DNA of 64,000 nucleotides from Camelus dromedarius. Its lineage: Eukaryota. Both the position numbers and the translations under genes were made by a program. Where the stretch lies: positions 55,802,001 to 55,866,000 of the forward strand of contig NC_087437.1 in NCBI RefSeq assembly GCF_036321535.1, read 5' to 3'. Position 1 is the first letter of the stretch. Every line of letters starts with the position of its first letter. Below the pieces are notes generated by a model. The model did no database searches and had not been told where the DNA came from. It was given only the letters and a program-made list of their open reading frames with translations. Of this stretch, positions 53,961 to 64,000 are shown in pieces.

Positions 53961-55898
53961 GTAATCCCGTCCTCATAGGCTTCTGGGAAGATTAAATTTC
54001 TTACAACCGAACTCAGAAAACGGTGAAACTATTATTGGTTATCATTATTTAAACTCGGAAATTAGACTCCCCACTCCCATCTCTGAGAATGAGTGAGGAT
54101 TTAATACCTGATGATGCCTAAGATTATTCTTAATATTTTTTACATTTTAGTCTGTCAAGTGTGATTTATGGTATATCAGTTATTGAAACGGAATGTTCCT
54201 CTTCACCATCCTACTCTGAACACTTTTCCTTCTTTTTTTTTTTTTTTTGCAGTCTTTACATACTTGGATAGGAGCCTTATTTGCCTTCAGGTGTTAACTG
54301 ATAAACTTATTTTGCTGTCATCTTTCCTAAGGAGCAGTTTATGAAATGCGTGTTTAGATGATACATTTCCTAATTAAAACACAAACAGACAGCTTATTTT
54401 CTGAGCGTCCTCAATGAAAGTGAGTTCATAACATGTTTTAAGACGAATATCTTTGTATAGTCCTTGGTTAAAAACACCAGAGCAAAATTATCCACCTAGA
54501 TTTCATTCAGTGTTTCCCAAGTAGAATTTTATTTCTGTGGTTGATTTTTGGCATTTTGGCATGCTTCCTGTTTCTTCAAGCTATGTAAAACCCTTTTGCC
54601 GTGTTTAATCCTTGACCTGTGGGCACGGAGAAATGATTGTGTAATACACGTCTAGTACTGGGAAATTTTTAACTGAAAATATCGTATCCTGAAATGCTTG
54701 GGAGAAAAAGAAAGATAGATTATTTAAGTAAATATTATATTTCATAAGGAAGAGATAAAGCAATTATTTTTTAATGTGCTTTTCAGTGGGACATTTGCCT
54801 CTGTTCAGAGTTGGGTGGGAACATAGCAATAATGAATCCCTTTGCCACTCTGGCTCCTGCTCCCCAGTGTCTTTTCCTTGGAGGGATGTTGCTGCCAAAT
54901 TAGGACAGCAACCTGTGTGTGTGTGTGTATGTTTACCTTTGTTTGGTAAGTGTTACTAGGTGCCCTGCTCTTGGCCAGCAGGTCCACTGCCTGGGTGGTT
55001 TCACTCAACATCAGAAAGAGGAGGAATGCAGTGATGAGGCACTGACCCAGAGAACAGGGATGATAAGGTTTAAGATAGTATAAGGATTAGAGCCGAGACT
55101 TTCTATACTGGTTCACAGGTAAGAAGAAGAATAACACGGAATAGGACCTTTCTCCTTCAGTTTGTTCTAGGTCTCATGCTTTCTCCACCCTATTTTCCAG
55201 TTCTATAACCAACCAACCAACCAGTCCCTGGACTTCCTCTCCCTGCAGAAGGAGATGGGGGGAGGAAAAGTTTCAATCACTTATAAATGGAAAGATCTGC
55301 ATTTTGATCCTCTTGCTGCCATGACTTGCTGTGTTACAGTAGGGCAGTCCTTCTTTCACAAAAGCAGAGGACCAAATGGCCCCTTCCAGATTCCTCATTC
55401 TTTTAAGCTATGACCTTAGAAGATAAGTACAGTTGTTTGGGGGAAATTTTGCTTTGCAATTTTCTAGTCGGTTGACTTCGGGTAAAATCTCTTCACTCTC
55501 TGCCTGATTTTCTGTCTTAAAAAAATTTTTTTTTCCATAAACCCTAATTCCTATGAGTCTCTCTAGAGTATTGTAAGGATGGGATTAATTATAATCTGTT
55601 TAATATCACTCAGTACAAAAGAACATTGTTTTCCCATTTAGTTTCTGATACTCAGTAAAGCTGCTCATAGTATTAATCATTGAAGTCTTTCTAAAACTCA
55701 GTTTCTTCATATTAAAGAGAAGATAACAGGAAATAATGACATAACTGTGTTTTGGTAAATGTGAAATACTTTATAAACATAGGATTTTATTTAAAGGAGG
55801 AAAAATTATCAATTTGATTAATGAACATATCTCCCTCTAAGAAGATTGCTGGATGTCATGTACATAGTAGCCAGTGGTGAACATACAAAAGAAAGTGA

Positions 55899-56219
<321 letters not shown>

Positions 56220-58011
56220 TAGAGCTCCTGTGAGATTTGGGGTCCACCTACCTGGTTCCAACCTCTGCAATCTGATGGCAGCTCAGTCTACCTTGTTGGC
56301 TGACAAGAGTGACTGAGAATAATGATGAATAAATGATGAATACACTTGTGACTTTCACAATGATTGAACTGTTTATTTTAATATTGGCAATTGCTATACG
56401 ACCTGGACTTGGCTCTTTGTTTTGCTTCCTCTTTTTATTTTTATTATAATTTTTTTAATGGGAGGATATAAGGAGAACAATGTGGCATCTGGTCTGTTCA
56501 GCCCAGGCAAGGGTGTCCTTCAGCTTCAGGGCCTCTCCCAGGGTGATTGTCAAGGCTAGACCAATTGGGAGCTGAATGGATAAGAGAAAGGAACATAAAA
56601 GCTGAGAAATATTTTTAAAAATATGGAAGAGGAAAGTGGGAAATAAGAAAGAATTGAAGACAAATAATAGATAAGGGGAGCAAATGGAAGATCTGGAACA
56701 TAAGCTGAGGGGCAAGGTAGACAGCAAAATGAAGGACTGGGAGTCAGAGAGCAGGTTTATTGGGGCCACCGTTAAGCTCTGTAACCATGGATAAATCATA
56801 CCCCAGGTTGTGAGCCTCAGATCCAGTAATGGTTTTACAGAAGAGCTTATTATTTCCAAAGGTCCCCTTACACCTGCTACTCTAAGGTTCTATGAAGGGA
56901 GCTAAGTCAAGAACACAGAAAAGTGGAAGGGAAAGACAGGAGAAAACATAAAGTTTCATCAGAGTGATGGGAGAGCAGAAGAGTTGGGAGTTACAATACT
57001 TCTTATAAAAAATATATGCAAAATAGAAAGATTAATAGCCAGAGTGTGTGAATGTAGAGAATATAAATTATGGTAGAGAAAAAAGTAATGGCAAAAGAGA
57101 CTGTAGAAATTTAGACAGAGAATATAAAGTTAAAATCCTACCACCTCTAGTCCTTGTTGACGTGACCTCATTATCCATAGCTTTGCATCTTGCTTTTCAC
57201 TTAGCAATATGCTCTGAGGGTTATTTCTCATAGCTAGGCTTCGTTATAGGTTTCCATAGCTGCCTTTGACCCATCAAAGTGACATACCCACTTTTTTTTT
57301 TTATTGTTTTTACTTATTGTTTGACATCGTAGTTGTTTTTAGTTTTTGCCATAATAGATGGCGCTTCAGAGATCTTCTTGATACACTTAGCCTTTAACTT
57401 TCATTGAATATCAGTTTGTGTAGAGCAAGAATATGCAGTCAAAAGTGAAAAACACCTTTATGGCTTTAACCCTTGGAGAAGCATCTTTCTTTTAGAATTC
57501 TGACGAGTATCACATTTTGTGAAACTTTGCCTCCGCTCTTTTTAAAACCTGTTTCCTTTCTCTTATCCTCTGTCCTGGGGCTCCTTCAGCACAACAAAAG
57601 CAGTAGGTTTTGAATCTTTATGAACAAAGCAAGATTTAAGGATGGAGACTTGATCATGAAGAAAAGAATAGGAAAAGTGAAAGTTATATCCTTGCCATCT
57701 GTAGCTTCTGATTTAGTATTTTTAATGGTTAATTTCGGGGCAGTGTTTTTCTCTCAAGATAATATATTTTTTTTAATTAACTTGCTCCTTTTTCTTCCAT
57801 TTTCCAGGGAACATGGCAAAATTCTTGTATGATCAGGTCAGAGTTGTAGCCATAGAGTTCTCTACAACTTGAATTGTTGACCTTGAGCACCAGAAACATA
57901 GGACAGTTCCCTTAAATATAGATGAGCATTCCTGTGCTTTCTGTTGCTATAAAGGTTGTGATACCTTTGTGTATGAGATATCCGTCAACAGGATCTATTC
58001 CTTTTTCCTAG

Positions 58012-58254
<243 letters not shown>

Positions 58255-59211
58255 TAAGGACTGGGCAGACCTGAGCGAGATTAGTTTTGCTGATAGCAGG
58301 GTGTTTCAGGCATGTATTTTGGTCTTAGTTCTTGTCATTGAACAGGTAACTTCTTTTTTTTTTTTTTTTTTTTTTTTGTATTTGTCTCCCTCCTCTCCAT
58401 AGGCCACTTTTCTATCCCCCTTTAAAACTCCTAAATCTGTACTAAATTTATACTTGGTAACATGGCTCTGCATTCATGTTCCCATCTTAAAGGCAGATAA
58501 TAATTGAATCTACAGTTAATACATGGCATTATTATCCAGAGATTTTTAACTGGCAGTTCAGCTGGTAGTGAGTGTGGCCCTATACTAGATGCAAGTTTGT
58601 TCACACTGGCATGAAAATGGGAGACCCTAAGAAGGATCTCTTAGCTGAAGTTTGAATGATCAGGTTGGCAGATTAGAAAAGCAGAGTGGTGTGGCGGAAA
58701 GAACGCTGGAGGAGTGGGCCAGAGTCTGTTAGTTTGCTGGCTTGCTCTCTGCACCTTTAGCTTGTAACTTCTCCATCTCTGGGCTTCAGATTGCCTCACT
58801 CATAATTATTAATTTTTTTGGACTAGATAATTTAATTCTGAGGCCCTTTTAAGCTCCAGAGTGTTCTTTATAGAAGTGTACATTCACATACATGTTGTAT
58901 GTTTTATCAACCTTGGTAAAATGTCCCTGGAGCATTGCTCCTATAGTTGGTAATTTTTTTTATCTTTTCCTTTTTATCTGTGTGATGAACCCTGTTTGAA
59001 TCAGGAGATATTGCAGATGAATAGGGTCCAAGATTGTTATTTGTAAAAAGCCTGTCTCACCTTATGGAGGGCCCACTGTTGCGAACATTAGCTTGACATT
59101 TCCCAGAGAAGAATCTACCTTGGGTTGTAGAGCTTGCCTTCCTAGAAGAAAGCATATCCCTTCATCAGAGGTGTAGTTGTTTAAACAGAAGAACTAAGAC
59201 AGAAGGACTAA

Positions 59212-59379
<168 letters not shown>

Positions 59380-60027
59380 TAAGTGGCATATGCAGAATTG
59401 TCATTCTGTAGAAACTCTGGGCAGAGGGCAAAGTGAAATTGTGTTTGCTTCATCATTACCTTTGCACGTACTGCAGAGAGCTAGCCTTGATTTTACCCTG
59501 TGTGCTTTAAATCCTTGCTGCAAACACTTATATAAAAGATCTAAGAAAGTGAAGACAGAACTGGGTGGGTAAAGGTAGAAGAGAAAAAAAAAATAAAAGA
59601 ATTGGGAAGGCGTTCAAGTCGCTTCATACCTGAATTCCTGACATTTGACAGGAATAGCTTCTGATTAGACAGTGTTTGTTTTTATATGGTCCCCGAGGCA
59701 TTTAACAGTTTCTTTGAGTAAATCTGAGCTGCCTGGGGGGATTTTATCTGGAGACACCCACTGGCTTAACTCAAGTTTCCTTCAAAATATGTAGCTAAAT
59801 ACAGCTGTTCAGCTAATGGCTCGGAGGTTCTTTGCAGAACAAATGGGTTCTATTTACTAATATTGCTCATGGCAAGTAAGCACTTTTGTGTTCTGCCAAA
59901 TGCTTCGGGGCCCATCCTCAAAGCCGGCACAGCCGCTCTGGTGGTGCTGGGTACCGGCAATGGCCAGCAGCATCGGAAGGAAGGAATAGAAACAGGAGAA
60001 CTCCGGGGCCTTTTCAAATCCTTTTAA

Positions 60028-60204
<177 letters not shown>

Positions 60205-60395
60205 TAGCTGTAGTGGCCAAATGGGGTGGGGGGCCGGGGAGTGATATTTGAGAAGCTGCAGAATAAGACCTAAGGGCTTTAGAAGCAGCCTGACCCGAGG
60301 CCACCAGAGCCGGGGGCGCAGCCATGGCTGAAATGGACTCCAGGTGTGCGCCACTGCTTTTCAAAGCAAATGATCATGGTGAGGATTTCTTAGCC

Positions 60396-60538
60396 CAGCG
60401 TCCTCAGAATATGACTCCCAAACCAGCAGCGCCAGCATCATCTGCAAATTGGGTAGAAATGCAAAGTCTTAGTTCCCAGGCTTGGAATCTATGTTGTGAG
60501 AGTCCTCCAGATGCCGAGCTCAAGTTGGAGAAGCAGTG
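60396..60538 (+). mobile_element. MER5A-like hAT-Charlie MITE (followed by a MIR fragment to about 60700)
   Basis: 'accagcagc..cagcatcatctg...gtagaaatgcaaa...caagttggagaagcagtg'. Confidence 0.7.
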
Positions 60539-60758
60539 TCTCAGCCTGTTGGTCTCCATTTATCCTTCTGCCATTGAGCATGAGGGTTGAAACTACCATC
60601 TTCCTACCTCACGAGTCTGGGGGAAGAGTGAGATTTAGGAACGCATTTCATGCAGCCCAGGCTGGGGAATCTGCAGGTCTGTGCTCACTGATACTAGATA
60701 TGTAAGACCCTCCAAGGTCCCCAGTCATGCCATTTACCATGAGGCTGACGATCCAAAT

Positions 60759-60968
60759 CGGTTGTTTCAAACTTGGTTTTTTATCAGTAAAAGCTTTTTT
60801 TAAATGAAATATTTCAAGGAATGTGAAATAGATGAGAGCAGAGCTGCTCTTGTTGAAGGAGCAGGAGTCGGGGGTGGGCTGTGGTTTCAAGCTCCACCCA
60901 CCCCTTGCCCAGGAGGCACCCGCCCCGAGAGGCCTCGTTCTTCTGGTAACAAAGCTTGAAAACCACTG
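60759..60968. mobile_element. hAT-Charlie-type MITE, subfamily undetermined
   Basis: Imperfect TIRs CGGTTGTTTCAAACT / AGCTTGAAAACCACTG. Confidence 0.55.
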
Positions 60969-61967
60969 ACCCACGTGAGCCACTCGCAGGTAAGATTTAA
61001 TTCTGGAAGGCGGCTGGCATAAGCCTGATATCCCTAAAGCAAGAATTTTAAAGTATGTCACACTATGAATTATATCACGATCAAAGGTTTTCATCTTACT
61101 CCTAATTACTATCCAGAAGAAATAAAAATAGTATTGCATTTTGCAGAACAACAGAGTGTTCTAACAGCCAGCCTCCATCAACTTCTGGCTGTTCAGTGGG
61201 ATTTGCTTTTCCAGTTAGTCTCTTTTTCTCAAAACATCATATATATACTATTTATATTAAAATATAATATATATAATATCAGCAGTTACATCCCTACCAT
61301 AATTTTCCTCTTGAGTGTGTCTGGTGGCCCAGTTCCATATGCTTCCCTGAGCAATTCTGGTACCTATAAATCAGTAACTTTCAGTAAGACCACTTATCTG
61401 AACTGTGCTAGAAGGATCATCTCTATACCCCAGATCCTGGGTATAGTTTCTGAATTTTGGAAACCTTAGGGATTTATGAGATTAATTCACTCATTTTACC
61501 AAAGGAAAAAAAAATGAGATCCCGGAAGGAGAGACTGCTTGTCAGAAGTGATGCGATGTCTGTACTGACATGGGAAGGGAACTCACAAGGCTGAATGCAT
61601 TGGCAAGACAACCTCTACAACACACATGTATCTCCTGGGAAGATAAAGGATCTGAAAAATAAAACACAACAGCAGTTTATCTTCTTTTCCCTAATAGCTG
61701 TTCCCAGACACACACCAGAAGACACAGGGATTCCCACAGCACTGCTTAAGCCAAAGGCCGTTTCCCAGCCTCCCTCCACCCAGATTTTTCTTTCACTTGT
61801 TCTGCCTCACTCCCACCACCTCATTATTACTAGGTTTACACTTAAGGTAAAAGCAGTCATCACCAACTGAGTGGCTGCCTAGAACTAGAAATTCTGATCT
61901 CAGGTATTGCTGGTGCTACTGTGTGTTCCATAAGTGCATTATTGCTTCAGAAATGTTCCCAGGATGA

Positions 61968-62120
<153 letters not shown>

Positions 62121-63159
62121 TGAATCAACTTTTACTCTAGGGTCATTTTTTTGATTATCTGTGACAGTGAGAAAAGGGTGATGGAAGCTAGTGACATAAA
62201 ACAGAGAGAATCCATTTTTTGAAAAATTAGGAACTTCTTCCCTCTACAATTCTGAACAGGTTAATAATGTGGCCTTCTTTACTTCCTCTTCACCTAATCA
62301 AAGCTACTCTCCTAATAGAATGTTTCTTACCCTAAGTTTTTAAATTAATATGTACTTCATGATTTAAGAGTGATAAGATTATCCTAGACAACATGGCCAT
62401 GTCAATTTAGGACTAAAATTCTGTCAGAAGGCATTCACAAAGCTGATAATACAACAGTTACAAAGAATGGCCTGTGATTTATTTTAGGGAGTGCTATAAA
62501 GCAAGCCAGGCCAGCTAGGATCCTCAGTCATGTGTGAATGGCCAGAGACTTGGCCCAATTATTGTGTAAAAGCCTTGGTCGTTCCTCCAGGGAATATAAG
62601 CCTTCTCACGCTCACTGAGGCACCCCTTTTTTAGACTATGGTTGCAGTCCATTGAATTCTTATCACCTTAGTTCTTTGCCATCCAGAGTGGCAGTGAAGT
62701 TTTGGTGACCAATGTAGCCCTTGGTGCCATCTACACTGACAGGAGACACGGGTAAGCAAGGCCAGGAGATCGGACTGGGATTGAAATGAAAAACAGGTTT
62801 GGGTGTGCCATGCCCACCGCCCTTCCTTCTCTGGGCCCTGAAAGTCAGGTCAGGGAATGAGACTGCTTACGGGTAGAATAGTCAGTGAGTCAGCTAAGAT
62901 TCTCAGTGTCTTATTCCTCAGGCTACATATGGAAAGTGACATGTGGACGTTAAGCTAAACATTTTCCTGCTGTGCTAGATGTTCCAAAAGACCTAATGTG
63001 TTTTTAGCTGATGAGATAGGAACCACTGGAAAAGCTGTTTTTTAATGAAATTTCAGTTTGTACTAATGGAAGAGATACCCTGTAATCAGTTATACCTCAT
63101 ATGTAATGAAGAATTAGCCAATCTGAAGTGTCTAAAGAAAAAAAAATCTTAAAAAAGAT

Positions 63160-63262
63160 TATTTCCTTTTTTTAACCTTTTTTTTAATGGAGGTCTGGGG
63201 ATTGAACCCAAGACCTCATGCATGCTAAGTATGTGCTCTACCACTGAGCTATACTGTCCCCC
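63160..63262 (-). mobile_element. tRNA-derived SINE (Vic-1-like)
   Basis: Reverse strand TATAGCTCAGTGGTAGAGCACATACTTAGCATGCATGAGGTCTTGGGTTCAATCCCCAGACCTCCA plus A-rich tail. Confidence 0.9.
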
Positions 63263-63266
63263 ACAC

Positions 63267-63308
<42 letters not shown>

Positions 63309-63409
63309 CTCTTAATTTAACCTGAATTTGGTTGGTATTTGTGGAGCAGCAGAAGTGCTAGACCCTGAGCATTTAGAGATCAGTAGGTTACAATTCCTAC
63401 CTTCTGAGA

Positions 63410-63600
63410 GCGTGCCTTCTAGTGAGGAGACTTGACCAATGCAATAAAATAAATGCTTCAGTAAAGCTGGGCGTGATGCTGCAGGAGCATATAGGAAGGA
63501 TGGAAGACTTGGCCTGAAAGACTGAGGTCAGGAAAAGCTTCTCAGAGAATGTGATCCCAGAGCTGAGATGAGAAGGAGTTTACCCAACAAAAGCTGGAGG
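63410..63600 (-). mobile_element. L2 fragment
   Basis: 'gtcaggaaaagcttctcagagaatgtgatcccagagctgagatgagaagg'. Confidence 0.6.
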
Positions 63601-64000
63601 AAGTTTTTCCATTTCTGGATTCTGACAAACTCTGCCTCTCCTACCCGGGCAGGAGGCAGGGCTGAGGAAGGTGCAGTGCTACCTAGAGTGTGCAGTGTAA
63701 ACAGGCCCCCACTCTCGAGGCACAGGCAAGTGCCCTCCTTTCTCCACTTGCCTCTCTCTAGTGCTGGTCTTGCTTGGACTTTTTAAAGCTTTTAAGAGAC
63801 CGTCTTAAAGAGGGAAGCACATTTAACCCCTGCTGAAGACATGTATCCTCCCAGAGACAGTTATTCTCATGATTTGTGGTACTTATGCTTTTTAAAGTCA
63901 CAGTGAACCCTGTGCTAGCAAATACAGACTCCTTTGCTCCTAGGGGAAAGACCTGATTAGGTTCCTGTGAGCTTCTGGTCATGTTTTTAGCAACTGATCA

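Overview
Mammalian genomic DNA lying entirely inside the TP63 (p63, p53-family transcription factor) gene on the + strand. Six coding exons are recognisable, equivalent to human exons 4-9 (255, 187, 116, 110, 137 and 83 nt). All have GT-AG boundaries and join in frame into 888 nt (296 codons) covering the proline-rich linker, the whole DNA-binding domain and the start of the NLS/oligomerisation region. Intron 4 is about 47.9 kb (8096-55985). The rest is intronic: tRNA-derived SINEs of a type that suggests a camelid (inference), L1 3' ends, old L1M/L2/MIR fragments, DNA-transposon MITEs and microsatellites. I see no prokaryote-style novel system. The most notable observations are: (1) a single-arm, non-hairpin counterpart of the primate microRNA miR-944 at 27591-27641 that looks like the state before the hairpin arose by inverted duplication; (2) two clusters of p63 response elements that are candidate orthologues of the autoregulatory C38/C40 enhancers; (3) inverted L1 and SINE copies flanking the skippable exon 4; (4) an L1 insertion with a twin-priming 5' inversion splitting a MIR. 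Repeat names and comparisons to human sequence are from memory and need database confirmation; repeat boundaries are approximate.
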